In this document: piece by piece, positions 39,719-49,657 of the stretch
Position numbering within the stretch: the stretch's first letter is position 1
Layout of the letters: each line of letters starts with the position of its first letter
From: Trueperaceae bacterium
GTDB lineage: Bacteria > Deinococcota > Deinococci > Deinococcales > Trueperaceae
Direction of reading: 5' to 3'
Length of the DNA stretch: 64,000 bases
NCBI GenBank assembly: GCA_965214405.1
Contig: OZ243956.1
Span: 1-64,000, forward strand
The notes under the pieces: model-generated
Told to the model about the DNA's origin: nothing
What the model saw: the letters and a program-made list of their open reading frames with translations, nothing else
Databases searched by the model: none
Translations under genes and position numbers: made by a program

Positions 39719-40939
39719 ATGCTAGCCGCTTTTCGCCAGTTCAAGACGTATCCGCTCCAGTCGGTGCTCATCATCTTGGCGGTCGCGCTCGGGGTGGCGG
39801 TGGTGACGGCGGTGGCGGCGCTGCTCGGCCAGACCTTTTCGCAACTCAACGACGCCGCGCTGTGGTCGCGGCAGCTCACCCTGCAAACCAAGGCGAACGA
39901 CCAGGGAGCCTTTTACAGGGGCGACGCCGTACCCGTGCGCGAAGTCGGGCTCTTGAACGAGGAGAAGGTGAGTTTGGCGCTGGCCGATTTGGCGCGCGCC
40001 AAGGAGGCCGCGCCGACGGTGGACTACGCTTACGTGACGAGCTGGTACGGTTTTACGGTCAATCCAGAGGGTGATGCGTTCGACTTAGACGTTAGGGCCG
40101 TGACGGCGGACTACCTGGCGGCGGCGGACGTTAAGGTCATCCAAGGGAGCTTGCCCAGCGAGAGCGACTTTGCTGAAAACCGCAGGGTTATGTTGCTCTC
40201 AGAAGAGACCGTTAAAAAGCTTGGGGTGGAGGGTAATCCCATAGGCCAAAGTATCAAAGTCTCCGACTTTAGCAGCGCCAGCGACTATACCCTTGTGGGC
40301 GTGCTCGAGGGCAACGAGCAGGGCAACGACGGGCCGAACACGTTTATTCCCTACAAACCCGCGCCCTGGGAAGCGGACGGGCTGCAAGAACTCAGCTTCG
40401 CGGTTCAGGACAGGGCCGATGTGGCGCAGGCTCGCGCCGAGTTGCAGACCTACGCCGAGAAGACCTGGGGCGGGCGCGTTACGGTTAGTTCGCTGAGTGA
40501 CGGAAACGCCGAGGGGCAGTACCGGCTGGTGGCGCTCGTGACCGCGGCGTTTGCCTCGACGGCCTTGGCGGCGGCGGCCTTGAACATCATGAACCTGATG
40601 CTGGCGCGGGTGCTCGAAAGGCGGCACAGCATCGGCATTTTACGCAGCTTAGGCGCGAGCAAGGCAAGCATCCTTTGGGGCTTCTTGAGCGAGAGTCTGG
40701 TCTTGGGCGTGATGGGCGGGCTGCTCGGCGTCGGGGCGGGCTACGGGCTTTTTGTGCTGTACAACCGTTACCAGGTTACCGTCTACGGCGACCAGTTCGC
40801 GGCTCTCCTGGGCGCGTTTCCGTGGTTCGCGCTGCTCATCGGCTTCGCCGTCGCCCTGGCGACGAGTCTCATTTTCGGTTTCTACCCCGCCTGGCAGGCG
40901 TCGCGGCTGCGCCCGGTTGAGGCGCTGCGGGAGGTGTGA
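39719..40939 (+). CDS. MacB/FtsX-family ABC permease (copy A)
   Basis: N-terminal TM, periplasmic domain, IMNLMLARVLERRHSIGILRSLGA, YPAWQASRLRPVEALR. Confidence 0.9.
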   Translation: MLAAFRQFKTYPLQSVLIILAVALGVAVVTAVAALLGQTFSQLNDAALWSRQLTLQTKANDQGAFYRGDAVPVREVGLLNEEKVSLALADLARAKEAAPTVDYAYVTSWYGFTVNPEGDAFDLDVRAVTADYLAAADVKVIQGSLPSESDFAENRRVMLLSEETVKKLGVEGNPIGQSIKVSDFSSASDYTLVGVLEGNEQGNDGPNTFIPYKPAPWEADGLQELSFAVQDRADVAQARAELQTYAEKTWGGRVTVSSLSDGNAEGQYRLVALVTAAFASTALAAAALNIMNLMLARVLERRHSIGILRSLGASKASILWGFLSESLVLGVMGGLLGVGAGYGLFVLYNRYQVTVYGDQFAALLGAFPWFALLIGFAVALATSLIFGFYPAWQASRLRPVEALREV

Positions 40940-40940
40940 G

Positions 40941-42173
40941 ATGAGAAGCGTTTGGCGGCGCTTTCGCAGGAAACCCTTGAGGGCGGTTCTCACGCTCTTG
41001 CAGATTGTGCTCGGCTCGCTGGCGATGACGCTGGCTTTGTCGGTTTACTTGGACGCCTACGCGCGGCAGAACGCGGCCCAGGCGGAGCGTTTTGATTTGA
41101 TTGCGGGAAACGTGGACGAGGACGGCTCGAGCTACACCTATTCGTTTATGAGCGCGGCGGGGGCGGCTGAGCTTACAACGCTCGCGCCGGACGTCGAAAA
41201 GGTCGCGCTCTACGCGCAGGAATGGGCGCCTGTGGTCGAGTTGGGCGGCAGGCTCTACCAGTTTCAGTGGGGAGCGTTCGTTGACAACGCGTTTTTCGAC
41301 CTCAACGATGTTGCGCTGACTCGAGGCTCGCTCTTCACCCAAAGCGAGGCCGACGCCAAAGAAGCCGTGCTGCTCCTTTCCGACGAGGCCGCCGCCATCC
41401 TTTTTCCCGACCTAGACCCGCTAGGTCAGACGCTAACCCTCATGCCCGACGAGAATTTGGGGGACCCCGACGCGTCTCCCCAGCCCTTCAGGGTCATCGG
41501 CACCTTTGCGGTCAAAAGGGACGCCTCCGGTGAGAAGGACCACATTTATCTCCCCACCTGGACCCAAAGCAACGTGGTAGGCGGGAGCAGCACGCTCAAC
41601 GTGCTCGCCAAGGCGGGCCGGGGCGACGCGGCGCGGGCGCAGGTTGTAAGCGCCGCGCGTCGGGTTTTCGCGCAGCGTTTAGAAGACTGGGACGTTGAGG
41701 AGGGCAAAGACTTCTACATCCGCGAAATGGGCGAGTCGCCCTTCGGCCCCCGTCCCGACCTGCTCGACCCCACGGTGGTCATGTTCGGACTTTTCGGCAT
41801 CGTCGCGCTGATTGTGGGCTCGATTGGGATTTTCTCCATCATGGTGGTGGACGCCCTCGAGCGCGAGCGCGACATCGGCGTCAAGCGCGCGTTGGGCGCC
41901 ACAAGGGGAAGCGTGGTGCGCGAACTCACCTTAGAGGCCACCCTCTTGTCTGGTCTGGGCGGGCTGCTGGGCGTTTTCTCCGCCGCGCTCCTCTTCCCGC
42001 TCTTAGCGCGCGGGGTGGGCGAGAACGTCTTTTGGGGCATTGACTTGCGCTGGCAGCCGCTGGCGGCGGGGCTGGTGGTCGGGGTGACGCTCCTTTTGGG
42101 AACGGCATTGGGTATTTTTCCGGCGTGGCGGGCGGGTAGGACGAACCCGGCGCAGGTGTTGAAGGGAACATGA
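40941..42173 (+). CDS. MacB/FtsX-family ABC permease (copy B)
   Basis: GSIGIFSIM..ERERDIGVKRALGA, FPAWRA. Confidence 0.9.
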   Translation: MRSVWRRFRRKPLRAVLTLLQIVLGSLAMTLALSVYLDAYARQNAAQAERFDLIAGNVDEDGSSYTYSFMSAAGAAELTTLAPDVEKVALYAQEWAPVVELGGRLYQFQWGAFVDNAFFDLNDVALTRGSLFTQSEADAKEAVLLLSDEAAAILFPDLDPLGQTLTLMPDENLGDPDASPQPFRVIGTFAVKRDASGEKDHIYLPTWTQSNVVGGSSTLNVLAKAGRGDAARAQVVSAARRVFAQRLEDWDVEEGKDFYIREMGESPFGPRPDLLDPTVVMFGLFGIVALIVGSIGIFSIMVVDALERERDIGVKRALGATRGSVVRELTLEATLLSGLGGLLGVFSAALLFPLLARGVGENVFWGIDLRWQPLAAGLVVGVTLLLGTALGIFPAWRAGRTNPAQVLKGT

Positions 42174-42268
42174 ACCGGGTGACTGGTGTTTTGTGGGCGG
42201 GCTTGAGCTTTGTTCCCGCTTTGGGGGCAAGCCGGGCGCGCATTTCTCAAAGTTTGGGAGGTTCGTAG

Positions 42269-43465
42269 ATGCAGGTGTTCCGTCGGTTCTTCTCGAGCCC
42301 ACTCCAGTCGAGTCTCACCCTGCTCGCGCTTGCCCTGGGGGTCGCCGCTGTCACAGCCATCGCGGCATTTATTAGCGTGAGCAGGCTCTCGCAAACGGCG
42401 CTCACGACCTCGCTATGGGCTCGAGAGCTGACGATGCAGACCAGGGAAGACGACCTTTATAAGGCTACTGAAGATGACAGAATGCTTATTCACGAAGTGG
42501 GGCGGTTGGGGGATGAACCGATAACGCTCACCGAAGCTGACATGGAAAGGGCTCGAGAGGGTGCGCCCCTGGTGGATTATGCCTATGTGACCTCACCTGT
42601 GGGCATAGACATGAGTAACATTACTAAAGACGGTACGGATGTTCTTGCCGTGAGCAAGGATTATTTCGCGGTCAACACCATAACGGTGTCGGAGGGCTCG
42701 AGCTTTACCGACAGCGACTACACGCAGCAGCGCGACGTTGCCTTGGTTTCGCCCAGGCTCGTCAAGCTCATGGGCGTGTCCGACCCGATAGGGAAACACG
42801 TTAAAGATGAGTGGGGAGGTTTCGACTTCGAGATTATCGGCGTCTTGAGCGCTCAGGACGCCACGAGTCTTCCTGACATGCTTGTTCCCTTCCGCCCCGA
42901 CCCCTACAACGCGATGAACCCCCCCACTTTCGTGGTTGAGGCCGTTGCTGACGTTGGCGAAGCGCGCGCGCAGTTGCAGGCGTTTGCCGCTAGAACCTGG
43001 GGCGACCGCGTGACCGTGCGCTCGCAAAACCTGAAAAAGTACGCCGCACAACAGCGCTCCACTCGAGTGCTGATTGCCTCGCTCGCGTCTACCGGGTTGG
43101 TAAGTGCGGCCCTGAACATCATGAACCTGCTGCTGGCTCGAGTCTTCAAAAACAGGCGGGACACCGGCATCTTGAGAACCTTAGGCGCAACCCGGAGGAT
43201 GATCAGAAACCGGTACCTCATAGACGCCCTGGTGCTGGGCGTGATAGGTGGCGCTATCGGGGTGGGGTTGGGCTACGGGCTGCTCATCATCTTTGACACC
43301 TACGTGGCCGCTGCCGACCCGCAGGCGATTTCAGTTGCTTCACCCTCACCCATACCGCTGCTTGTCGGTTTCGTTTCAGCCCTCGGGATAAGCGTCGTTT
43401 TCTCCCTCTACCCCGCGCTGTTGGCCTCCCGTCTGAACGTCATCGAATCCCTAAAGGAGTTGTGA
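42269..43465 (+). CDS. MacB/FtsX-family ABC permease (copy A')
   Basis: PLQS, VDYAYVTS, AALNIMNLLLARV; paralog of copy A. Confidence 0.9.
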   Translation: MQVFRRFFSSPLQSSLTLLALALGVAAVTAIAAFISVSRLSQTALTTSLWARELTMQTREDDLYKATEDDRMLIHEVGRLGDEPITLTEADMERAREGAPLVDYAYVTSPVGIDMSNITKDGTDVLAVSKDYFAVNTITVSEGSSFTDSDYTQQRDVALVSPRLVKLMGVSDPIGKHVKDEWGGFDFEIIGVLSAQDATSLPDMLVPFRPDPYNAMNPPTFVVEAVADVGEARAQLQAFAARTWGDRVTVRSQNLKKYAAQQRSTRVLIASLASTGLVSAALNIMNLLLARVFKNRRDTGILRTLGATRRMIRNRYLIDALVLGVIGGAIGVGLGYGLLIIFDTYVAAADPQAISVASPSPIPLLVGFVSALGISVVFSLYPALLASRLNVIESLKEL

Positions 43466-43473
43466 GATAGCGC

Positions 43474-44712
43474 GTGAGAACCCTCCTTCTTAACTTGAGA
43501 CGCAGGCCGCTCCGGCTGTTCCTGACGTTTTTGCAGATTCTGTTGGGCAGCCTGGCGATGACGCTGGCGCTCTCCCCTTATTTTTCTCCCGAGGATACCG
43601 GGAGCGACGATACTTTCTTTCTGAATGCAGGTTTCAGGGACGAAGAAGGCGCTATCCTTTACAGTATCTTCAACTCGAGTGACTTCCAGACCCTGAAAAG
43701 CCTCGCGCCTGATGTGGAAGACATAGCGATATACCAGGCTGGCTGGAACGCTGCAAATGTTGTTTATGAGGGCAAGCGGTTCTCCTTTAACGTGGGCGCC
43801 ACCGCCACCGTCGACCTCAACTATTTCGACCTGTCGCCCGTCACTATGACGAGGGGTTACGCCTTTAGCGAGGCTGATGAAAGGGCGCAGGAAGCCGTCG
43901 TTTTGCTGTCGGACAGCTCAGCTCAGCAAATGTTTGGTGACGTTGACCCCATCGGCAAAACGATTCTCAAAACGCCCTCCCACAACTTTTACGAACGGGA
44001 TTCTTTAGACGACGACCCCGTGCCTTACCGGGTCGTCGGCACCTTTGCCGAGACGACGAACGTGCTGTACACGACCCCAGCCATTTATTATCCCGTTTGG
44101 GCGCCGGAGAGTTTTTCTGGCGTTTGGGCGTATCAGGTGCTGGTCAAGGCGACAGGGGGGCGGGGCGACGTGGCCCAAACACAGCTTTTAGCGGCGGCGA
44201 GGCAGCACTACAAAAACGACCCAATGATGCAAGGCGTTGAAGTGGGCGAAGACTTTTTCATCAGCAAGAGGGCGGAGTTTCAGAACGACGAAGCGCCCTT
44301 CAATCCCAACCTCATCATCCTCGCTATGTTCGGCATCATTTCGCTCATTATCGGGTCCATCGGTATGTTTTCGACTACTCTCATTGACATTTTGGAGCGC
44401 GCTCACGACGTCGGCATCAAACGTGCGCTTGGCGCGAGCTGGCTTGACGTTTGCCGGGAGGTCTCTACCGGAACCGCTCTGCTGGCCTTTATAGGCGCTG
44501 CGGCGGGCGCGCTGTGTGCGGCGCTCATTGTATCTCTTTTGCAAAACCCGCTCGGGACGACCTTTTCTTTTGGCTTACCCTTTAGCTGGCAACCCTTGGC
44601 GGCTCTACTCGTGACGCTTATGACGGTCTTGCTGGGCGTCTTGGTAGGCTTTTTCCCCGCGTTTACGATGATGAGAACGAATCCTATAGAAGCGCTGAAG
44701 AAAAAGGTGTAG
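43474..44712 (+). CDS. MacB/FtsX-family ABC permease (copy B')
   Basis: LQILLGSLAMTLALS, LAPDVE, GIKRALGA; paralog of copy B. Confidence 0.9.
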   Translation: MRTLLLNLRRRPLRLFLTFLQILLGSLAMTLALSPYFSPEDTGSDDTFFLNAGFRDEEGAILYSIFNSSDFQTLKSLAPDVEDIAIYQAGWNAANVVYEGKRFSFNVGATATVDLNYFDLSPVTMTRGYAFSEADERAQEAVVLLSDSSAQQMFGDVDPIGKTILKTPSHNFYERDSLDDDPVPYRVVGTFAETTNVLYTTPAIYYPVWAPESFSGVWAYQVLVKATGGRGDVAQTQLLAAARQHYKNDPMMQGVEVGEDFFISKRAEFQNDEAPFNPNLIILAMFGIISLIIGSIGMFSTTLIDILERAHDVGIKRALGASWLDVCREVSTGTALLAFIGAAAGALCAALIVSLLQNPLGTTFSFGLPFSWQPLAALLVTLMTVLLGVLVGFFPAFTMMRTNPIEALKKKV

Positions 44713-44720
44713 ATTTATTT

Positions 44721-46019
44721 ATGACCGACCGCCACGAGCCCATCGTCCAGACCCGCGCCCGGCCCAAGGGCGAGAAGCGCCGCTCCAACTGGTCGTTATG
44801 GGTCTTCGTCGTGGTGGTCTTGGCCCTCCTCCTCACCGTGCCCTTTTTGCTCCTGCGCCCCCGCGCCAACACTTACGTCTTACGCTCCTACGAAACCGCC
44901 ACCGTCCAAACGGGTACGCTGCTCGACTATGTGCGCGGCACCGGCACGGTGGTGCCCCGGCTCGAGCGCAGCGTCGTCTCCCCCGTTGAAGGCACCCTCA
45001 CCGAATGGCTCGTGGCCGAGGGTGACGAGGTTGCAGAGGGCGCGGTGCTCGGGCGGGTGAGCTCGAGAAGCCTAGGCCAAGAGGTCGCGGACGCGCAGAA
45101 AGAGGTGCAGGCGGCGGAACTGGCTTTGGAGAAGCTGAGGCTCGAGCAGAGCACGAACGCCCGCACGCGTGGGCTCGAGCTAGAACGCGCCCAAACGTCC
45201 TTAATTGGAGCAGAAACCGAACTGAGCACCACCCAAAGACTCTTCGACGCGGGCGCGGCTTCTCGCAATGACTTGGATACGGCCAAAGCGAAGGTTTCAC
45301 AGGCGCAAGAAGAGGTGGAGAGCCAAACGCTTGCTCAACAGGACGCGGTGAGCGCCGACGCGCTTGCGACCCAAGAAGCGCAACTGAGGCTCGAGCAAGC
45401 CCAGGCCAAACTCGTCTCGGTAGAGGAGAAAGAGGCGGGGCTCGAGCTCAAGGCCCCCGTCGCAGGGCGGGTAATGAAACTCGCATTAGCGGCGGGCGGG
45501 AACGTCCAGCCGCAGGCCGTCCTCGCCACCGTCGCCAGTTCGCAAGACGTGCGGGTGAACGTCTCCATCCCCGAGGCGCAGGCGAGCCGGGTGAGCGTGG
45601 GTCAGCCCGCCAAGCTAAGGGTCGGCCCCACCGACTTTGAGGGCAGCGTCGTCGGGGTGTCGCCCAACGCCGAGGCGGGCGCGAACGGCCCCGTCGTGGG
45701 GGTGGCGCTAGGATTCGACTCTCCGCCCCAGGACATCCGCATCGGCGCGAGCGCGGGCGCGGACATCGAGGTGGACCGTAAAGAGGACGCGCTTTATCTG
45801 CCCAGAGGGGCTTTTTTAAGCACCGGCGGCGAACGCTTTGTCTATCTGGTGAACGGCGACAGGGCGGTGCGCACCAACGTCTTGTTTGGACTGGTTGACG
45901 GGAACAACGTTGAGGTAAGGGAGGGGCTTGTACCGGGCGACAACATCGTGAGCAGTTCGTACGAGGCGTTCAAGGAAGAGGCGGAAGTCAGCCTCATCGC
46001 GGAAGGGGAGGTCAAGTAG
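44721..46019 (+). CDS. Periplasmic adaptor (membrane fusion, MacA/HlyD-like) subunit
   Basis: N-terminal TM, lipoyl-like SPVEG..V.EGD.V, coiled hairpin, APVAGRV, EVREGL. Confidence 0.9.
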   Translation: MTDRHEPIVQTRARPKGEKRRSNWSLWVFVVVVLALLLTVPFLLLRPRANTYVLRSYETATVQTGTLLDYVRGTGTVVPRLERSVVSPVEGTLTEWLVAEGDEVAEGAVLGRVSSRSLGQEVADAQKEVQAAELALEKLRLEQSTNARTRGLELERAQTSLIGAETELSTTQRLFDAGAASRNDLDTAKAKVSQAQEEVESQTLAQQDAVSADALATQEAQLRLEQAQAKLVSVEEKEAGLELKAPVAGRVMKLALAAGGNVQPQAVLATVASSQDVRVNVSIPEAQASRVSVGQPAKLRVGPTDFEGSVVGVSPNAEAGANGPVVGVALGFDSPPQDIRIGASAGADIEVDRKEDALYLPRGAFLSTGGERFVYLVNGDRAVRTNVLFGLVDGNNVEVREGLVPGDNIVSSSYEAFKEEAEVSLIAEGEVK

Positions 46020-46021
46020 GC

Positions 46022-46795
46022 GTGGACGGCGACGGGACAACAGACAGAACAACGAGCAAAGTAAAGGACAGCGCAACAGACAAAGCGATGATAGAGCTTA
46101 GAGACATCTACAAGGTCTACAACATGGGCGAAGTGGACGTGCCCGCCTTGGACGGGGTGGACTTTACCGTGCGGCGCGGGGAGTTCGTGAGCGTGGTGGG
46201 CCAGTCGGGCTCGGGCAAATCAACCTTGCTGCACCTCTTGGGTTGTCTCGACACGCCCACTTCGGGTGCGTACGAGCTCGAGGGCCACAATATTACCCAC
46301 CTGCCCGACAAGGAGCTCTCGCGCATCCGCAACCGGCACTTTGGCTTCGTGTTTCAGGCGTACAACTTGCTCTCCGACATGACCGCGTTAGAAAACGTCG
46401 AGCAAACGCTTCTCTACGCGGGCGTGCCCGCCAAAGAGCGGCGTGAGCGGGCGCGGGCGGCGCTCGAGCAGGTCGGCTTGGGCGACCGCGCCAAGCACCT
46501 GCCCAGCCAGCTCTCGGGCGGTCAGCAGCAAAGGGTCGCCATCGCGCGGGCGCTCATCAACAGGCCGACGCTGCTCCTCGCGGACGAGCCCACGGGCAAC
46601 CTCAACAGCGAAGCGGGCGACGCGGTCTTGAAAATTCTCACGGGGCTCCACGAGGGGGGCGCGTCCATCGTGATGGTCACCCACGACCCGCGCATCGCGG
46701 TGTTAGCCGAGCGGCAGGTGATGATGCAAGACGGGCGGCTCTTGCGCGACGCGCCGGTCGAAGCGCGGACCGTGCTGGCTCCTTCGGCTGTTTAA
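46022..46795 (+). CDS. ABC ATP-binding protein (MacB/LolD family)
   Basis: GQSGSGKST, FVFQAYNL, LSGGQQQRVAIARAL, ADEPTGNL; alternative start at ATG 46088. Confidence 0.93.
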   Translation: MDGDGTTDRTTSKVKDSATDKAMIELRDIYKVYNMGEVDVPALDGVDFTVRRGEFVSVVGQSGSGKSTLLHLLGCLDTPTSGAYELEGHNITHLPDKELSRIRNRHFGFVFQAYNLLSDMTALENVEQTLLYAGVPAKERRERARAALEQVGLGDRAKHLPSQLSGGQQQRVAIARALINRPTLLLADEPTGNLNSEAGDAVLKILTGLHEGGASIVMVTHDPRIAVLAERQVMMQDGRLLRDAPVEARTVLAPSAV

Positions 46796-46927
46796 GGGTG
46801 TGAGCGTGGGGTCGTGCCGCTTTTAAGTTCCCGTCCACTTACCTTTTAGTTATCGCCTAGTAACCGCCTAACCCGTCCTCGAGCCTCTCACGTTCAATAC
46901 TGGCGTGGGAGCAAGCTGAGCCGCTTT

Positions 46928-47902
46928 TTACGTTTTCAGCTCGAGCCAAGCCAACTCGTCAGGCGTGAGCTTGACGGAGAGCGCCGCCACGTTCTGCTCG
47001 AATTCTTCAGGCGTTCTGCAACCGACGAGCGCAAAGATGTTGAGCGGTTGACTCGTTACGTAGGCGAGCGCGACTTGCGGCAGGCTGAGGCTTTTGTCCG
47101 CCGCCAGCTTCTCGGCGCGCCCCAGCCGCTCAAAGTTCTCCTCAGACGCGTACGAGCTCACGCAGAGTTTATCGAGGTAAGACGTGAAACTCTCTAGGTT
47201 GTCCCGCCGGAACCGGCCCGAGAAAAAGCCGCCCGCCAAGCTCGACCAGGTAAAGAGCGCCAGGCCCGTGTCCCGGTAGTACGTCCTGGCCGCCGCGCCC
47301 CCCTCACCGCTGACGCTGACGCAATCGGGCCAGGGGGCCTGTATTTGCTCGGCCAGGCTAAAGTTCGGGCTGCTGGCGACAAAGGGAACGAGCTTGTTGC
47401 GCTCGGCGTAGGCGTTGGCCTCAGCAACGCGTTCCGTGGTCCAGTTGGAGCCGCCAAAGGCGTGGATGCGGCCCGCCTCGAGATACCTGTTGAGCACGTC
47501 CACGATAGGCCCGACCGGCACCGACGGGTCGTCGCGGTGGAGCACGTAGAGGTCGATATAGTCGACGCCCAGACGCGCCAGCGAGTCGTGCAGGTCGGCC
47601 TCGATATCAAAGGGCGTGACCCTTTTGCGGTCCCCGTTATGGTGCGCGCCCTTGCCGAGGATGACGACCCGGTCGCGCAGCCCGCGCGCCCCCAACCAAC
47701 GGCCAAAGGCGCGCTCGCAGGCCCCCGCGCCGTAGCCGTGGGCGGTGTCGAAGGTGGTGCAACCCTGCGCGAAGATCTCGTCGAGCAGGGTGAAATCTGC
47801 CCCCGAATCGCTGCCGTCCACCATCACCGTGCCTTGCACGAGCCGCGACACCCTTTTGTCGATGCCGGGAACCTTGCCGTAGTCCATTTTATAGTCCGTC
47901 AC
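46928..47902 (-). CDS. Aldo/keto reductase
   Basis: FDTAHGYG, SLARLGVDYIDLYVLHRDD, GGSNW, WSSLAGG; GTG start at 47902. Confidence 0.9.
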   Translation of the reverse strand: MTDYKMDYGKVPGIDKRVSRLVQGTVMVDGSDSGADFTLLDEIFAQGCTTFDTAHGYGAGACERAFGRWLGARGLRDRVVILGKGAHHNGDRKRVTPFDIEADLHDSLARLGVDYIDLYVLHRDDPSVPVGPIVDVLNRYLEAGRIHAFGGSNWTTERVAEANAYAERNKLVPFVASSPNFSLAEQIQAPWPDCVSVSGEGGAAARTYYRDTGLALFTWSSLAGGFFSGRFRRDNLESFTSYLDKLCVSSYASEENFERLGRAEKLAADKSLSLPQVALAYVTSQPLNIFALVGCRTPEEFEQNVAALSVKLTPDELAWLELKT

Positions 47903-48139
47903 ACCTCCACTATAACAGCGCGTGAGTCCGGCAGCGCGGCATCCTCGAACGGTTTGTGCCCCTATGGCCGGACCCTTGGCTGGCAACCACACGCTGTTCT
48001 AGAGTAACGCGGCACCCACGTGCGCGCCTCACCAAACGGCCGCGGCCCGCGCGTTTGCGTGACTTGACGGGTACAGCTTCCCAGCGCGCTACGGCTTCAG
48101 CTATCTACCGTTGAGCCGCTGAAAGGCGAGAAGGCGAGA

Positions 48140-48168
48140 TTGACAGGCGAGGACCCAACTGCTACAGT
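48140..48168 (+). promoter_or_regulatory. Sigma70-type promoter
   Basis: TTGACA-17-TACAGT with TG extension. Confidence 0.7.
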
Positions 48169-48298
48169 TTGGTAGCAACAACAACATACGCGGTAAGAAT
48201 TTTGATGCGGGGGGTTTAGCGGTGACCTGATTCATCCTTTACAAAGCGAGCTTTACTCTTTGCCGTACCCCCTGAAAACTTTTCGAAAGGAAACACCT

Positions 48299-49597
48299 AT
48301 GCACCCTAAAAAACGTTCTCCTGCGGTGCGCCTGCTCGCCAGCGTGTGCTTGGCCGTATGCAGCGCCCTAACTCTTACCCCCGCTTTCGCCCAGTCGGGT
48401 GCGCCCGTGACGCTCGAGTTCTGGGCCTGGGTCCAGGGCAGCGAAGAGGCCGTCGCCTGCTGGAACGAGTCGCACCCGGACGTTCAGGTCAACTACACGC
48501 GCACCACCGGCGGCACCGAGCACTACAACAAGTTGAAAACCGCCGTGGCGGCGGGCGCGGGGCCGGACGTCGCCCAGGTCGAGTTTCAGCTCCTGACCAG
48601 CATGGCGGTCAACGGGGTGGTCCAGCCCATCACGCAAGAGGCCGCCTCGGCGCAAGATAGGTTTATCGACTGGACCTGGCAGCAAGTCACCCTGGGCGGC
48701 GACGTCTACGCCATCCCACAAGACATTGGGCCGATGGCGATGTTTTACAACAAAGAGGTTTTCGAGGAGTACGACATCGCGGTGCCGACGACCTGGGAAG
48801 AGTTCGCCGCCGCCGCGGAAAAGCTGCACGCCGCGGACCCGACGAAGTACATCGCGCATCTCCCGCCCAACAACGTGGGCCAGTTCGTCGGCTTGGTCTG
48901 GCAAAACAACGCCCGCTGGTTCGGCATCGAGGGCGACGCCTGGCAGGTTAGCATTGGCGGCGAAGAGAGCAAAGAGGTCGCCGCGTTTTGGCAGGACCTC
49001 ATCGCGCGCGACCTTGTCAAGGTCGCGTCGGACTTTAACCCCGCCTGGTATCAAGACTTAGCCAACGGCACCATCGCCACCTGGACGAGCGCGGTGTGGG
49101 GTGCGGGCACCCTGGCCACCAACGTGCCCGACGGCGCGGGCAAGTGGGCGGTGGCCTACATGCCGCAGTGGGAGGCGGGCGCTGAGACCGCGAGCAACTG
49201 GGGCGGCTCCACCACCGCCGTCATCGCGGGCAGCGAGCACGTCGAAGAAGCCGTCGAATTCGCCACGTACCTCAACAGCGACCCCTGTCCTTTGGAAGCG
49301 ATGATCCGCGGGAACAACATCTTCCCGGCCACGACGGAAGGGGCCAACCTGCCCGTGCTGAACGAGGCCAATCCTTACTTCGGCGACCAGGTGATTAACG
49401 ACACCTTCCGCCAGGCCGCGCAGAACGTCGACCCGTCCTGGACCTGGGGGCCGACGATGGACCAGGTTTACGCGACGCTCGGTGACCAGTTCACGGCGGC
49501 CACCAACGGCGCCGACACCCTCTCGGACGCGCTGGACACGACTCAGGAGAGCACCGTTGCGGAGATGAATCAAATGGGCTTGACGGTTGCGCCCTAA
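48299..49597 (+). CDS. Carbohydrate ABC transporter substrate-binding protein
   Basis: Signal peptide; FWAW, GPDVAQVE, IPQDIGP, NWGGS. Confidence 0.9.
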   Translation: MHPKKRSPAVRLLASVCLAVCSALTLTPAFAQSGAPVTLEFWAWVQGSEEAVACWNESHPDVQVNYTRTTGGTEHYNKLKTAVAAGAGPDVAQVEFQLLTSMAVNGVVQPITQEAASAQDRFIDWTWQQVTLGGDVYAIPQDIGPMAMFYNKEVFEEYDIAVPTTWEEFAAAAEKLHAADPTKYIAHLPPNNVGQFVGLVWQNNARWFGIEGDAWQVSIGGEESKEVAAFWQDLIARDLVKVASDFNPAWYQDLANGTIATWTSAVWGAGTLATNVPDGAGKWAVAYMPQWEAGAETASNWGGSTTAVIAGSEHVEEAVEFATYLNSDPCPLEAMIRGNNIFPATTEGANLPVLNEANPYFGDQVINDTFRQAAQNVDPSWTWGPTMDQVYATLGDQFTAATNGADTLSDALDTTQESTVAEMNQMGLTVAP

Positions 49598-49605
49598 GAA
49601 ACAAA

Positions 49606-49635
49606 GGAGCCAGGCGGGTGAACCCGCCTGGCTCC
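49606..49635 (+). other. Intercistronic 13-bp stem-loop after the SBP gene (likely mRNA stabiliser)
   Basis: GGAGCCAGGCGGG-TGAA-CCCGCCTGGCTCC with no U tract. Confidence 0.6.
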
Positions 49636-49657
49636 AATGCGCGCCAAGGAGAAAGGT

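Noticed and set aside
45124..45134. CTTTGGAGAAG matching one arm of the recombinase inverted repeat
   Set aside because: Half-site only, inside a coding region (ALEK); likely chance
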